Origin: Deltaproteobacteria bacterium
GTDB taxonomy: Bacteria > Myxococcota_A > Polyangia > Polyangiales > Houyiibacteriaceae
DNA: 64,000 nt
Assembly: GCA_034670305.1 (NCBI GenBank)
Contig: JAXMNT010000025.1
Span: 1 to 64,000, forward strand
Direction: 5' to 3'
The position numbers were made by a program, and so were the translations under genes. Below are positions 47,583 to 59,040 of the stretch, in pieces; within the stretch, counting starts at the first letter, position 1, and each line of letters begins with the position of its first letter. The notes beneath the pieces are model-generated. The model searched no databases and was not told where the DNA came from. It saw nothing but the letters and a program-made list of their open reading frames with translations.

Positions 47583-47718
47583 AAGCGGAGAAGGGTAAAC
47601 CAAGCCCCCCGAGCGCATCCCGAAAATCGAGGAGCGGTGGCCGGATCGATGGTCCAGCCGCCGGTTTTTTGACCGGTCGGGATCGGGTGTGCGAGTTGTC
47701 CTCACTGCGGAGGAATCG

Positions 47719-48324
47719 ATGCTGGGAGCCCGAGTCACGGATGCGGTCGAGTACATGCAGCGACGCCAGGAGTCGAAGGGGGCGGTGCGCATCGTGCGCC
47801 GTCGCCAGCCCGACAAGTTCCGGTGGCGCGACGCGGTCTCCAAACTGAGCGGAGCGGCGGGTCGCATGCGCGGCAAAGAACGCATGCGCATCGAAGAGCC
47901 GGTGCGCGAGGTCGTCTTGGACCTGAGCGACAACCTGCTTCGGCGCGAATGCGTCATCGACGCCCGCCGCTTCAACGTCGACCTCGACCGAGGAGAGGTT
48001 CTCCCATTCCATCGGATGGGCGACCTGCGCCGCTACGCGTTCCTTGTGGGGGCCGACGTGCAGATCATCGAGCGCTACGTGGAGCTGCCGGACGACTTCT
48101 TCGCGCCGATCGACACCGCCGCATGCACCGTCGTCAGCCGCGCTATGGCCAACCACCATCGCAAACGCGCCCAGCGCGCGTGGCTCGAGATTCCGGATCC
48201 CGACGGCGGGCAGCGGCTTTCGCCCCACCAGCGGCTCATCGTCGCCAAGGCGGAAGAAGACGCCCAGACCGCCAAACGCTGGGCCGCCCTCGCCCGCACC
48301 CTGGTCGACGACAAGAAGCCCTAG
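47719..48324 (+). CDS. Hypothetical basic protein
   Basis: Strong RBS GGAGGA and typical codon usage. Confidence 0.75.
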   Translation: MLGARVTDAVEYMQRRQESKGAVRIVRRRQPDKFRWRDAVSKLSGAAGRMRGKERMRIEEPVREVVLDLSDNLLRRECVIDARRFNVDLDRGEVLPFHRMGDLRRYAFLVGADVQIIERYVELPDDFFAPIDTAACTVVSRAMANHHRKRAQRAWLEIPDPDGGQRLSPHQRLIVAKAEEDAQTAKRWAALARTLVDDKKP

Positions 48325-48380
48325 CTGCTGGCCGGCTGAGGATCATTGCTCGCGCGACGCGGTCCTGATACCGACGTGGC

Positions 48381-49460
48381 ATGAGTGAAGAGATTCCGGT
48401 CGTCGACCTCTCGGACGCATCCAGCGCAGCCTCCGCCGAGGCGATCCTCAAGGGCTTCGGCGACTTCGGCTTGGTCTACGTGAAGGGCCATGGCGTCGAC
48501 ATCGACCGACTGCACCGGTTCTACGATCTGCTGATCGCGCTCTTCGCGAAGCCAGAGGCCGAGAAACAAACGTGGGCCCGTCCGGACATCTGGTACCAGC
48601 GCGGCTGGACCCCGCCGAACACGGAGCAGGCGGTGGTCGCGGGCGGACAGCCCGACTTCAAGGAGTGCTACTTCGCTGCGCCCATGGAGCTCGACGCGCG
48701 CCTCGGGTTGATGTTCCCTGAGATCTACTCCGAGAACTCCTGGCCGGAGGGCGCCGACGACTTCCGCGACGAGTACCTCGCGCTCGGCCGCAGTGTGCAT
48801 CGGGTCGGCCTCGATCTGCTCCGGGTCTGTGCGACCGCGCTCGACCTGCCGGCGGAGATCTTCGCGGAGGGCACCCACGGTGGCCCGCACGTGACGCGCG
48901 CGCTCCGCTACCTCGCCCTCGACGAGAGTCAGGTCGGCGGAGACATCGTCTGGGGCGAAGAGCACACGGACTTCAACTTGGTGACCCTGCTGCCGGGTGG
49001 CCGCTTCTTCGACCCCTCCGGTCAGCCCTGCGGTCGCCCCGATCCGGACGCGGGCCTCTACCTGCGCACCCGCCCCACCGCCGCGCACCCCAAGGGCCGC
49101 ATGGTCCATGGCCGGCCCCCGCCCGGCTGCATCGTCGCGCAGGTCGGGCAGCAGCTCGAGATCCTCACCGGCGGCACCATGCTCGCCACGCCCCACGTGA
49201 TCACCGCACCCAAGGCGCCCGGCTACACGCGGACTGCGTTCGCCCACTTTGTCCATCTCCACAGCGAGCAGCGCCTCTTCCCCCACGACAAGTTCCTCAC
49301 CGACGACGTCATGCGGGCGTACGGGCCGCCGGTGCTGGCCGGGACCTATGGGCTCAAGACCCTGGTCGACATCGGGCTGGCGCCCAAGAGCGCCCTCGAC
49401 AAGCTCGGCTACCACCACTACGACCGCCTCGCCGACGCGAGAGCGCCCGACAAATCCTGA
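48381..49460 (+). CDS. 2OG-Fe(II) oxygenase, isopenicillin N synthase-like family
   Basis: IPVVDLS, HTDFNLVTLL, ATPHVI and RTAFAHF motifs. Confidence 0.9.
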   Translation: MSEEIPVVDLSDASSAASAEAILKGFGDFGLVYVKGHGVDIDRLHRFYDLLIALFAKPEAEKQTWARPDIWYQRGWTPPNTEQAVVAGGQPDFKECYFAAPMELDARLGLMFPEIYSENSWPEGADDFRDEYLALGRSVHRVGLDLLRVCATALDLPAEIFAEGTHGGPHVTRALRYLALDESQVGGDIVWGEEHTDFNLVTLLPGGRFFDPSGQPCGRPDPDAGLYLRTRPTAAHPKGRMVHGRPPPGCIVAQVGQQLEILTGGTMLATPHVITAPKAPGYTRTAFAHFVHLHSEQRLFPHDKFLTDDVMRAYGPPVLAGTYGLKTLVDIGLAPKSALDKLGYHHYDRLADARAPDKS

Positions 49461-49514
49461 CGCCCGCTCGGGAAAGTCAAACATCGGTTTCGGTTGCGGT
49501 ATGCTTCGACACCG

Positions 49515-50276
49515 ATGATTCCGCCCCCTCCGATGAGTCGCCCGCGCGCCGCGATCCTCGCGCACCGCCGCGGTGAGGGCAGCGTTCAGGCGGTCCTTCG
49601 GGCCTGCATGGAGCACAGCGAGTGGCTCGTGCCGATCCACTTCTTCCCCCAGGGCGAGCTGCAGTCGGCGCACAAGGTCGCGTTCGGTCCACGCCACCAG
49701 ATCCCACCCGCGGAGCTGTGGGTGTTCTCGGAGCAGGGCACCGCCCAGCAAGCCTTCTCACAAGGCGCACTCCTCGGTGCGTACGTGGCGAGTGTGCCCG
49801 GTTGCCGCCTGTTCCGCGGGGTCCCTGAGGACATCACCCGGGTGAAGATCAACGGCGGCGGGTTCGATGAGGATTTGCTCGAGTTCGACCGGGCCGGTTT
49901 CGACCAGCTCTCGGAATGGGCGGCCACCATCGATCTCGAGGCGTCGTTCGCCGACCCGGACGGCAACGCCTGCCGCGAGCGCATTCGCAAACACGCCGCC
50001 TACCACGTGCCGCTGATGCCCGATGGGCGGATGATCGCGAAGCCGGGCCACGGCGGGTTCGCCCAGCCCGGCGTGATCTGCACGAGCGCCGACAACTACG
50101 AAGCGTTCGTCGGCGCCCTGGAGCCCGAGCTGGCGGCGCAGCTGACCCACAGCATCGTCGACGGAGGCGGGTTGTGGCGGGAACTCGGCGGCCAGGAAGT
50201 GGATGCGCTCTACATCAATCCCTTCGGTCCCGGCCGCACCGTGACGCTGCCTCGAAACGCTGCGGCGCCCGACTGA
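49515..50276 (+). CDS. Hypothetical protein (possibly SseB-like)
   Basis: Open frame with WLVP and INPFGP motifs. Family assignment is weak. Confidence 0.6.
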   Translation: MIPPPPMSRPRAAILAHRRGEGSVQAVLRACMEHSEWLVPIHFFPQGELQSAHKVAFGPRHQIPPAELWVFSEQGTAQQAFSQGALLGAYVASVPGCRLFRGVPEDITRVKINGGGFDEDLLEFDRAGFDQLSEWAATIDLEASFADPDGNACRERIRKHAAYHVPLMPDGRMIAKPGHGGFAQPGVICTSADNYEAFVGALEPELAAQLTHSIVDGGGLWRELGGQEVDALYINPFGPGRTVTLPRNAAAPD

Positions 50277-50385
50277 GCAGGGCCGCGTCCCGAGGATCGG
50301 CGCTCGACCCCATTTCCCCGCCTTCGAGGCAAGGGTGTGAGCGAGTCGGTTGTCCCGACCAGGCGCTTGTTGCACCCTCCGCCGC

Positions 50386-51948
50386 ATGATTCGTCTCGAG
50401 AGCTATCTGCAGGGCCAATGGACTTCGGGTGAGGGCGACGGTTCGACGTTGGTGGATCCGGCGTCGGAGCAAGGGGTCGCCACCGCCTCCACCAAGGGGC
50501 TCGACTTCGACGGTGCGCTGCGGTTCGGCCGCGAGAAGGGCGGCCCCGCACTCCGGGCGATGAGCTACGCCGAGCGCGGCGCGCTGCTCATGGCGATGAG
50601 CAAAGCGCTCCATGCCGAACGCGAGCAGTTGATCGACGACTCGATCCTCAACGCGGGCACGACGCGAACCGACTCCAAGTTCGACATCGACGGAGCCACC
50701 GGCACGCTCGCGTACTACGCGGGCCTCGCGAAGACGCTCGGATCCGAGCGGACGCTCGGCGGGCTCGGCACCGTCGAAGGGGAGGGCGAACAGCTCACCC
50801 GATCCAAGCGGTTCTGGGGCACGCACATCCGCACGCCCGTGCGCGGCGTCGCGGTACACGTGAACGCGTTCAACTTCCCCGCGTGGGGCTTCGCCGAGAA
50901 GGCCGCCGTCGCATTGCTCGCGGGTGTGCCAGTCGTGACCAAACCGGCGACCGCCACCGCGCTGCCCACTTGGCGCTGCATCAAAATCCTGGTCGACGCG
51001 AAGATCCTCCCGGAGGGCGCGCTGCAGCTCGTGTGTGGCAGCCCCGGTGAGATGTTGACGCATCTGCGCACGGGCGACGTGCTCGCGTTCACCGGCAGCG
51101 GCACCACCGGCGCGCACCTGCGGCGGCTCGAAGCGGTCACCGAACGTTCGGTTCGGATCAACGTCGAAGCGGATTCGCTCAACGCCACGGTGCTCGGACC
51201 CGACGTCGAGGTCGGAAGCGAGACGTGGTTTGCGTTCGTGCGCGACGCGGTCCGCGAGGTCACTCAGAAGACCGGGCAGAAGTGCACCGCGACCCGCCGC
51301 ATCTTCGTGCCGAAGCAGCACATGGACGCAGTGCTCGAAACGCTCGCCGAGGAGATGGGCCGCGTGCCCTTCGGTCATCCGGCCGCAGAGGGCGTGCGGG
51401 TCGGTCCGCTGGCGAGCGCGCAGCAGCACAAGGACGTGCGCGAGGGGCTCGACGCCCTGGTGGACGCGGGTGCCAAGATCGCATGGCAGGGCAGCGGCGC
51501 GTTCGAAGGCGCGACGGAGGGCAAAGGCTACTTCGTGCACCCGACGCTCCTGCGCGCGGACAGTCCCCGCGACGTGGGCCTCGTCCACGAACGCGAAGTG
51601 TTCGGACCCGCGAGTACGGTCATGCCCTACGACACGCCCGAAGAAGCCGCCGAACTCGTCGCGCTCGGCGAAGGTGGACTGGTCGCCGCGATCTACGGCA
51701 ACGACAAAGACGCGCTGCGGACCTTGGTCGAAGGCATCGCGCCGTGGTCCGGGCGTGTCTTGATCGGCAGCAAGAAGGTGGCGGACCAGGCGATCTCCCC
51801 TGGGCTCGTCCTGCCCAGCTGCGTGCACGGCGGTCCAGGCCGCGCGGGTGGCGGCGAGGAACTCGGCGGTCGCCGCGGCCTCGATCTCTACACCCAGCGC
51901 ACGGCGGTCCAGGGCGATCGCGCCCTGCTCGACAAACTCTTCGAATAA
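50386..51948 (+). CDS. Aldehyde dehydrogenase of PaaZ-N / 3,4-dehydroadipyl-CoA semialdehyde dehydrogenase type
   Basis: GVAVHVNAFNFPAWG, FTGS, NVEADSLN, KTGQKCTATRR, EVFGP and HGGPGRAGGGEELGG motifs. No MaoC domain. Confidence 0.9.
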   Translation: MIRLESYLQGQWTSGEGDGSTLVDPASEQGVATASTKGLDFDGALRFGREKGGPALRAMSYAERGALLMAMSKALHAEREQLIDDSILNAGTTRTDSKFDIDGATGTLAYYAGLAKTLGSERTLGGLGTVEGEGEQLTRSKRFWGTHIRTPVRGVAVHVNAFNFPAWGFAEKAAVALLAGVPVVTKPATATALPTWRCIKILVDAKILPEGALQLVCGSPGEMLTHLRTGDVLAFTGSGTTGAHLRRLEAVTERSVRINVEADSLNATVLGPDVEVGSETWFAFVRDAVREVTQKTGQKCTATRRIFVPKQHMDAVLETLAEEMGRVPFGHPAAEGVRVGPLASAQQHKDVREGLDALVDAGAKIAWQGSGAFEGATEGKGYFVHPTLLRADSPRDVGLVHEREVFGPASTVMPYDTPEEAAELVALGEGGLVAAIYGNDKDALRTLVEGIAPWSGRVLIGSKKVADQAISPGLVLPSCVHGGPGRAGGGEELGGRRGLDLYTQRTAVQGDRALLDKLFE

Positions 51949-52064
51949 CCCTCGCACCCGAACGGGTTGTATCGCCGTTGTCTCCTGCCCCTTCATTCGA
52001 ACGCCACTCCGACGCCCGAAGGCTGCGCCGTGGCTCCATCCGCGCGCGGGCCTCGAGAACCGAA

Positions 52065-52158
52065 GTGTTGGCCCCAGGAATCGCAGTGTTGACCCCAGGA
52101 ATCGCAGTGCTGGCCCCAGGAATCGCAGTGCTGGCCCCAGGAATCGCAGTGCTGGCCC
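52065..52158. repeat. 21-nt minisatellite (4.5 units)
   Basis: GTGYTGRCCCCAGGAATCGCA x4 plus a partial unit. Confidence 0.93.
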
Positions 52159-53462
52159 TGGTGTTCGGATGTGGCGAGGGGTGCGGCGAGGACACGCCCA
52201 TCGCCACCCGCGCCCGGGCCGCCGAACTCCCGCCGGAACCCGCCGAGCAGCCGCCCGCAGAGCCGCGTCCGCCGGGGTACCCACTGATCGACGACTCGGT
52301 CCTCCTGCGCGCGCCCGCCCGCTACGACCACCTGGTGCCGCGGCTCGTGCCGCCGACCGGGCCCCGCTTTCGGAACCTCGTCTACGAAGCGAACAACCTT
52401 GCGATGCGGGGGCCACGGGACGAAGAGAACGGCTTCTACGAGAGTACGGGCCACGCGATCGCGCAGCGCTGGCGCGATGCGGCCGCGGGCGTGAAGCAGG
52501 TGTTCGCGTTGCGAGACGCGCTCTTCAGCCAACAAGACCATCCGATCGACCACGACCCGGTCGCGATCATGATGCCGCCTGGCTGGGTGAGCATCGCCGT
52601 GCACGAGGTGATGCAGGAGCGCACCGTCCAGCCGGTGCACGCGCCCCCGATCGACGCCGACGAGGAGTGGGCGGCGTTCGCGACCCCCGCGACGCTGTTC
52701 GGAAGTTTTCCGCCGAGCGAGCGACTGCACGAAGTGGCGACGCGGCCCCGGACGGTGCTGGCACCCGAACGCCTCCGCGTCACCAACGCGCGCCGTGCGG
52801 TGCACATGCTCGCGGCGGATGCGCAGGCGATGTTGGATGTGGCGGCGGAAGGTGCGGACGCGGTGGCGAACGCGGGTGCCGACCGGATCTCTCGGAGCGA
52901 CATCCTGTACTTCGGGGAGCGCCTGCGGCGGGAACACATCATTCCGATCTCGGTCGAGAACCCGAACGCGCACGAACAACGCGACGAAGACAAAGGCCTG
53001 CGCCCGTTCGGGTACGACGTCTCCGACGAAGCGGTCGGCATGGTCCGTCGGGCGATCTACCAACGCCGCCTCGACGACGGGGACATCGCGATCGAGCGCT
53101 ACCACATCGGCCGGCCGGAGGAACGCCAGCGCGCGATCGCGGTGTTGCGTGAGCTCGTCGGAACCGACCTGCCCGGCGAACACCGGGTGTGGTTGTGGGT
53201 GCACGGTGGCCTAGACGCGCGCGGCATCCGGGGCCGGGACGCGACGCCCTACATCGGCGGGTTTCGCGCCGAGGTCGCGTCGCACGGCGTGAACATGGAG
53301 CGGGTGCGTTTTCTGTCGAAGCCGCATGTGCCGATCGGCGGACGCAACCTCGCCGCTCAGCTCGACGCGAACGCACGGCGTTTCCGCGGTATCGAGCTTC
53401 CCCTCAGCCTCAACATCGGCTCCAACCTGCTGCACCGGCTCTTCACTGAGCTGGAGCGCTAG
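52065..53462 (+). CDS. Hypothetical lipoprotein (start uncertain)
   Basis: Lipobox-like LALVFGC, Pro-rich linker and a globular region. Alternative TTG start at 51978. Confidence 0.65.
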   Translation: MLAPGIAVLTPGIAVLAPGIAVLAPGIAVLALVFGCGEGCGEDTPIATRARAAELPPEPAEQPPAEPRPPGYPLIDDSVLLRAPARYDHLVPRLVPPTGPRFRNLVYEANNLAMRGPRDEENGFYESTGHAIAQRWRDAAAGVKQVFALRDALFSQQDHPIDHDPVAIMMPPGWVSIAVHEVMQERTVQPVHAPPIDADEEWAAFATPATLFGSFPPSERLHEVATRPRTVLAPERLRVTNARRAVHMLAADAQAMLDVAAEGADAVANAGADRISRSDILYFGERLRREHIIPISVENPNAHEQRDEDKGLRPFGYDVSDEAVGMVRRAIYQRRLDDGDIAIERYHIGRPEERQRAIAVLRELVGTDLPGEHRVWLWVHGGLDARGIRGRDATPYIGGFRAEVASHGVNMERVRFLSKPHVPIGGRNLAAQLDANARRFRGIELPLSLNIGSNLLHRLFTELER

Positions 53463-54582
53463 CCCGTCCGAGTCGCACTCTGGCCAGGAGCGCGTCCCGG
53501 GCGTAGACGCATCCCCAGCTGAACGCGACGAGCGCGACCACGAAGCCACTGGCTTCGGCCATCGAACAGTTGCCCACGAGTGACCCGCCCATCCGGCCGT
53601 AGCAAAACGGAATGTGCACGATGTACGCGACCAGGCTTCCGCGGCCGAGGGTCACGAACGCGCTGCGGACCCGCGGGCCGAGCGCCACCGAGAGCAACCC
53701 ACCCGCGCACAGGACTCCGAAGCCTCGGCAACCGAGGTCCAATACGTTGAACCACACCGCGGGGTGCCGGCGGGTGAGGACGTCGTCGGTGGCTGTCACC
53801 CACGCGTGGGTTCCGAACTCGAACACCCAGGCGCCAACGACCGAGACGACGAGCCCTGTTGCCAAGATCAAGAGGGGCGCACCGGCGATGGCGGTCGCGG
53901 TTCGGGCCTTGTGGCCAGCGGCTCGGAGCGGCTCGGACCGGAGCAGCCGGAGCAGGACCATGCCCATTCCGAACCATGCGTATAGCGGAACGAGGGGCAT
54001 CGCCCCGTACGGAGGGCGGTCGGCGACGAGCGCGACCAAGGGCGCAATCACCTCTGGCGCGAACGGGCTGAAGGCTGAGATCCAGGGGCAGAGCATCGTC
54101 GCAAGGAACGTCAGCGCGATGACCCGGAAGTGCTGATGTTTGCGGGCGTCGCGGTCGACGACGCCGGTCTTCGGGAGGAACGCGCCGCTCACGGCGATGC
54201 TCAGCCCGATCACATGAAGCACATCCGACCGCAGAAAGGTCTGCACGCCCTGCCACCCATCGATGAGTGCGTAGGCTCCGCTCACGAGGTAGCCGTAGAG
54301 CAGAATCTGCAGCCCGCGGCGGATGAGGGCGCGCCGCACCGTTGCAGCAGACTCCTGCTTTCGGACCGCCGCTTCCAGCCGCAACTCCACCGCGGCGCCG
54401 GCGAGCAAGAGAAACGCCGGCAGCGGAATGGTGCCGAGGACGCGCGTGAAGCGGTACGCGGCGTCGTGGTGTTCGGGCGCGACCCAGCCGTGGAAGGCGT
54501 GGCCCTGCACCATCAAGATGCTGGCGACGCCCCGCGCCACGTCGACGCCGGCGATCCGTTCAGCCACCCGCTGTGGCTCCAA
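53443..54582 (-). CDS. Membrane acyltransferase-like protein (heparan-alpha-glucosaminide N-acetyltransferase/DUF1624 domain)
   Basis: RIAGVDVARGVASILMVQGH, FLLLAG, DVLHVIG and LGRGSLVAYIVH motifs. Confidence 0.82.
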   Translation of the reverse strand: MEPQRVAERIAGVDVARGVASILMVQGHAFHGWVAPEHHDAAYRFTRVLGTIPLPAFLLLAGAAVELRLEAAVRKQESAATVRRALIRRGLQILLYGYLVSGAYALIDGWQGVQTFLRSDVLHVIGLSIAVSGAFLPKTGVVDRDARKHQHFRVIALTFLATMLCPWISAFSPFAPEVIAPLVALVADRPPYGAMPLVPLYAWFGMGMVLLRLLRSEPLRAAGHKARTATAIAGAPLLILATGLVVSVVGAWVFEFGTHAWVTATDDVLTRRHPAVWFNVLDLGCRGFGVLCAGGLLSVALGPRVRSAFVTLGRGSLVAYIVHIPFCYGRMGGSLVGNCSMAEASGFVVALVAFSWGCVYARDALLARVRLGRASAPAQ

Positions 54583-54591
54583 AGACCACGC

Positions 54592-56271
54592 CTAGAACGT
54601 CGACGGCTCGTCGGAACCCGCGGCCTTCGCGGCTTCTTGATCGGCGACCTCCTCGGCGGAGCTCGAGTCGAGATGCATCCACTTCTTGAGCAGCGGGGAG
54701 AGCACGAAACACAACACGGCCGCGCCGCAGGCGACGTAGCCGATCTGCTCGAACACAGTGACGTAGTTCGCCAAGTTGTCGTACGAGGTCAGGAGTTCCG
54801 GCGTCATGCCATCCGCGCTCGAGAGCAGCCCGGTCTCGAGGGCGAGGGAACCGGGGCCGTCGCCGCTGTCGGGCGGCGAGGTCAACAGCGCGATGAGGCC
54901 GGCGAGGTGGTGCGCCAGCGCGGAGCTGAGGAACCAGGCGCCCATCACCATGGCGGTGATCTTCTTCGGCGAGAGTTTGGTGACCATCGAGAGCCCGATG
55001 GGCGAGAGGCAGAGTTCGCCGGTGGTGTGGAAGAAGTACCCACCCACCAGGAAGAGCAGCGGCACGACGGCAGCGGCCTGGCTGACCTCTTCGCCGTCGA
55101 CCACGAGATTCACTTCACCACTCGAGACGAAACCGCCGGCCCAGCCGAGCACCAAGAATCCGAGCCCGAGCTGCGCGATGCCGAGCGCGAACTTCACCGG
55201 GATGTTCGGCTCCTTCTTCACGCGGCCGAGGCCGGCCCAGATCATCGTGAAGACGGGCGCGAGGATCAGAATGAAGACCGGGTTGACGCTCTGGAAGATG
55301 GACGCAGGCAACGCGCCGCGGTCCACGTTGGTGTCGGTGAAGAGCGTGAGCGACGAACCCGCCTGCTCGAAGAACGCCCAAAAGAGCGTGGTGAAGAAGA
55401 GGAGGATCAGAACGACGAACAGCCGCTCGCGCACGATTTTCTCGGAGCGCATCGCCTCGAGAAAGATGATGCCGATGACGAGCAGGGCGAAGGGGGTGAG
55501 CACGTAGCTCATCACTTCGAAGTACCGGATGAGCACCGCGAACGCGCCGACCGAGAGGAAGGCGAGCATGTAGGTCAGGTACTCGGCGCTGATCCCGCCG
55601 ATCTTCTTCTTGAGCAGCTCGAGGTCGGGGGCGTCGCCGTTCGTGCCGAGGGAGGACTGGCCCCATCCGAAGACGGCGAGTCCCGCCAACATGCCGAAGC
55701 CTGCGAGCGTGAAGCCGTAGAACCAGCCGTAGGTCTCGCCGAGGTACCCACAGAGCAGCGGTGCGGCGCCGGCGCCGAGGTTGATGCCCATGTAGAAGAT
55801 GGTGAAGCCGCGGTCGCGCCGCGGGTCGTTCCGGTCGGTGTACAGACCGCCGACCATCGAGGAGATGTTCGGCTTGAAGAAGCCATTGCCCGCGATGAGG
55901 AACGCGAGCGCGATGTACAACATGAACTCGGTCTCGATCGCCATGGCGAAGTGACCGACGGCCATGAGGACCGCGCCCAGCATGACCGAACGTTTGTAGC
56001 CGAGCAGTTTGTCCGCGACGATGCCCCCGAGGAACGGGGTCGCGTAGACGAGCGCGCCGTAGGCGGCGTAGATGCCCTTGGCCTTGTGGTCGGACTCCGT
56101 GGCGTCGAGGTCCGAGAAGAGCTGCCGCACCAGGTACAGCGTGAGCAGCGCGCGCATCCCGTAGAACGAGAAGCGCTCCCACATCTCCGCGAAGAAGAGC
56201 AGCGCCAAGCCCGGCGGTTGCTTCTCGGGCGGGTTCTTGGGGGCGGGCTTCTTCTCGGTCGAATCGGTCAT
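54592..56271 (-). CDS. Proton-dependent oligopeptide (POT/PTR) MFS transporter
   Basis: [37 protein letters not shown] and [11 protein letters not shown] motifs. Confidence 0.95.
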   Translation of the reverse strand: MTDSTEKKPAPKNPPEKQPPGLALLFFAEMWERFSFYGMRALLTLYLVRQLFSDLDATESDHKAKGIYAAYGALVYATPFLGGIVADKLLGYKRSVMLGAVLMAVGHFAMAIETEFMLYIALAFLIAGNGFFKPNISSMVGGLYTDRNDPRRDRGFTIFYMGINLGAGAAPLLCGYLGETYGWFYGFTLAGFGMLAGLAVFGWGQSSLGTNGDAPDLELLKKKIGGISAEYLTYMLAFLSVGAFAVLIRYFEVMSYVLTPFALLVIGIIFLEAMRSEKIVRERLFVVLILLFFTTLFWAFFEQAGSSLTLFTDTNVDRGALPASIFQSVNPVFILILAPVFTMIWAGLGRVKKEPNIPVKFALGIAQLGLGFLVLGWAGGFVSSGEVNLVVDGEEVSQAAAVVPLLFLVGGYFFHTTGELCLSPIGLSMVTKLSPKKITAMVMGAWFLSSALAHHLAGLIALLTSPPDSGDGPGSLALETGLLSSADGMTPELLTSYDNLANYVTVFEQIGYVACGAAVLCFVLSPLLKKWMHLDSSSAEEVADQEAAKAAGSDEPSTF

Positions 56272-56405
56272 GGGCGGCGCAACGATTGAAGCGATGGGCC
56301 ACAGAGTCAACCGGAGTCCTCACGGGACGGGCCCCGAGCCGGCACCCCTGCGCGGATCCCTGCGATCGCTCACGATCCGGAGCCAGCCTGCGCCCACAAA
56401 CCACT

Positions 56406-57614
56406 ATGGTTCGGCCCAAGATGCACCAGCCGCTGCTCGACCACTTCGCCGCCGAAACCGCTGCCCTTCACGGACAAGGACTCTTCAAAGAAGAGCGCGT
56501 CATCACCACCCCACAGCAGGCGGCCATCGAGGTCACCGGCGGGGCGAGCGTGGTGAACTTCTGTGCGAACAACTACCTCGGCCTCGCCAACCACCCGAAG
56601 CTCATCGAAGCGGCGCAAGCAGCGGTGGCGGAGCACGGCTTCGGCATGGCGTCGGTGCGGTTCATCTGCGGCACGCAGACCATCCACAAGACGCTGGAAG
56701 CGCGCATCGCGCAGTTCCTGCAGACCGAAGACACCATCCTGTACTCGAGCTGCTTCGACGCGAACGGCGGCTTCTTCGAGACCTGCTTCGGCGCGGAAGA
56801 TGCGATCATCAGCGACGCGCTCAACCACGCGTCGATCATCGACGGCATCCGTCTGTGCAAAGCGCAGCGCTACCGCTACGCGAACAGCGACATGGACGAG
56901 CTGCGCGCGCGGCTGGAGGAATGCAAGGACGCGCGCTTCAAGGTCATCGCGACCGACGCGGTGTTCTCGATGGACGGCTACTACGCGAAGCTGCCGGAGA
57001 TCTGCGACCTCGCGGACGAGTACGGCGCGATCGTGTTCGTGGACGATTGCCATGGCGTGGGCTTCACCGGCGACAGCGGCCGGGGCACCCACGAGAAGCT
57101 CGGCTGTCTCGGCCGCATCGACGTGCTGACGGGCACGCTCGGCAAAGCGCTCGGGGGCGCGTCGGGCGGGTACACCTCGGGTCGAAAAGAGATCATCGCG
57201 TGGCTTCGGCAGCGCAGCCGCCCCTACCTCTTCTCCAACACGCTCGCACCCGTGATCGCGGCGACCTCGATCGCGATGTTCGACCTGCTCGAGTCGGAAG
57301 GCGCGGCGCTTCGCGCCAAGCTCTGGGAGAACGCCGCCTACTTCCGCGAAAAGATGGAAGCCGCCGGGTTCAACCTCTTGCCCGGCGACCACGCCATCGT
57401 GCCGGTCATGCTCGGCGACGCGCGGCTTGCGAGCGCGATGGCGGACAAGCTCCTCGAACACGGCATCTACGTCATCGGGTTCTCGTTCCCCGTGGTGCCG
57501 AAAGGGCAGGCGCGGATCCGCACCCAGATGTCGGCCGCGCACGACCGGGCGCACCTCGACCAGGCCATCGAGGCGTTCACTGTGGTGGGCAAAGAGCTCG
57601 GGGTGATCTCGTGA
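56406..57614 (+). CDS. kbl: Glycine C-acetyltransferase (2-amino-3-ketobutyrate CoA ligase)
   Basis: [38 protein letters not shown] and ARIRTQMSA motifs. Start is 56406 or 56421. Confidence 0.96.
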   Translation: MVRPKMHQPLLDHFAAETAALHGQGLFKEERVITTPQQAAIEVTGGASVVNFCANNYLGLANHPKLIEAAQAAVAEHGFGMASVRFICGTQTIHKTLEARIAQFLQTEDTILYSSCFDANGGFFETCFGAEDAIISDALNHASIIDGIRLCKAQRYRYANSDMDELRARLEECKDARFKVIATDAVFSMDGYYAKLPEICDLADEYGAIVFVDDCHGVGFTGDSGRGTHEKLGCLGRIDVLTGTLGKALGGASGGYTSGRKEIIAWLRQRSRPYLFSNTLAPVIAATSIAMFDLLESEGAALRAKLWENAAYFREKMEAAGFNLLPGDHAIVPVMLGDARLASAMADKLLEHGIYVIGFSFPVVPKGQARIRTQMSAAHDRAHLDQAIEAFTVVGKELGVIS

Positions 57615-58651
57615 CCGCGACGATGCGCGCGCTCCGCAAGATGGAGAAGCGCGAAGGCATCTGGATGGACGAAGTGAAGGTCCCCGAGATCGGGCCGAAC
57701 GACGTGCTGATCCGGATCCGGAAGACCGCGATCTGCGGGACCGACATTCACATCTACAACTGGGACGACTGGGCCCAGGCCACCATTCCGGTGCCGATGA
57801 CCGTCGGCCACGAGTTCGTGGGGGTGGTCGAAGAGGTCGGTTCGCACGTGCGCGGGTTCGAGCCCGGCGACCGGGTCAGCGGGGAAGGGCACGTGACCTG
57901 TGGCCACTGCCGCAACTGCCGCGCGGGCAAACGTCACTTGTGTCGGAACACGGTCGGCGTCGGCGTGAACCGCGAGGGCGCCTTCGCGGAGTTCCTCTCT
58001 TTGCCGGCCGTCAACGCGTTCAAACTCTCCGACAAGATCCCCGACGAGATCGCCTCGTACCTGGATCCACTCGGCAATGCGGCGCACACCGCGCTGAGCT
58101 TCGATCTCGTCGGTGAAGACGTGCTCATCACCGGCGCGGGTCCCATCGGCATCATGGCCGCGGCCATCGCGCGGCATGTCGGTGCCCGGCACGTCGTGGT
58201 CACGGACGTGAACCCCTACCGCCTCGAGCTCGCCCGCAAGATGGGCGCGAGCTTGGCGATCGATGTGCGGGAGCGGAGCATTCGCAGCACCATGCCGGAG
58301 CTCGGCATGACCGAGGGGTTCGATGTGGGGCTCGAGATGAGCGGCGTGGGCAGCGCGCTCGTGAGCATGCTCGATGCGATGAACCATGGCGGACGCGTCG
58401 CGATGCTCGGCATTCCTCCGAAGGACGTCGTCATCGACTGGAACCACGTCATCTTCAAGGGGCTCGTCATCAAGGGCGTGTATGGCCGAGAGATGTTCGA
58501 GACCTGGTACAAGATGAGCTCGATGCTCCAATCGGGGCTCGACGTCGGACCGTTGCTCACGCACCGCCTTGGGATCGACGACTTTCAAGAGGGCTTCGAC
58601 ATCATGCGCAGCGGCGAGTCCGGCAAGGTGGTCCTGGACTGGGCTTCGTGA
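57611..58651 (+). CDS. tdh: L-threonine 3-dehydrogenase
   Basis: [32 protein letters not shown] and [11 protein letters not shown] motifs. GTGA overlap with kbl. Confidence 0.96.
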   Translation: MTATMRALRKMEKREGIWMDEVKVPEIGPNDVLIRIRKTAICGTDIHIYNWDDWAQATIPVPMTVGHEFVGVVEEVGSHVRGFEPGDRVSGEGHVTCGHCRNCRAGKRHLCRNTVGVGVNREGAFAEFLSLPAVNAFKLSDKIPDEIASYLDPLGNAAHTALSFDLVGEDVLITGAGPIGIMAAAIARHVGARHVVVTDVNPYRLELARKMGASLAIDVRERSIRSTMPELGMTEGFDVGLEMSGVGSALVSMLDAMNHGGRVAMLGIPPKDVVIDWNHVIFKGLVIKGVYGREMFETWYKMSSMLQSGLDVGPLLTHRLGIDDFQEGFDIMRSGESGKVVLDWAS

Positions 58652-58971
58652 TCGTTCCGCGCGCGAAGGTTTGGTTCGGCGTGCTCGCGCTTTCGGCGCT
58701 CATTTGTCTTGCGGCCGGATGCGCCGAAGCGGACGGCTCGTGTCTCGGCGGAGACGAGTGCGTGCTCGAGTGCCCGGACGGGTTCTGCAACTTCTACTGC
58801 GCCGACGAAGCAAGTTGCACCGGCAGCTGCGCGGGCGGCGACTGCAGCATCAACTGCACCGGCAACTCGTCCTGCAACTTCACGTGTTCCGACGGGTGCG
58901 CGTTTCACTGCTTCGACGAAGCGAGTTGTGCGTTCGCGTGCGAAGGCACCTGCCGCGAAGTGCGCGACTGA
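58648..58971 (+). CDS. Small Cys-rich lipoprotein
   Basis: Lipobox LAAGC and 16 regularly spaced Cys. GTGA overlap with tdh. Confidence 0.72.
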   Translation: MIVPRAKVWFGVLALSALICLAAGCAEADGSCLGGDECVLECPDGFCNFYCADEASCTGSCAGGDCSINCTGNSSCNFTCSDGCAFHCFDEASCAFACEGTCREVRD

Positions 58972-59040
58972 TGCGCCGCTCGGCCGCCGGCCGGCATGAC
59001 GACGCCATTGCTTCGAGCACCTCGTGTTATCAATGAATCC

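Noticed and set aside
48381-49460. Beta-lactam or other secondary-metabolite cluster around the IPNS-like oxygenase
   Set aside because: No NRPS, PKS or tailoring genes nearby, and the family is functionally broad
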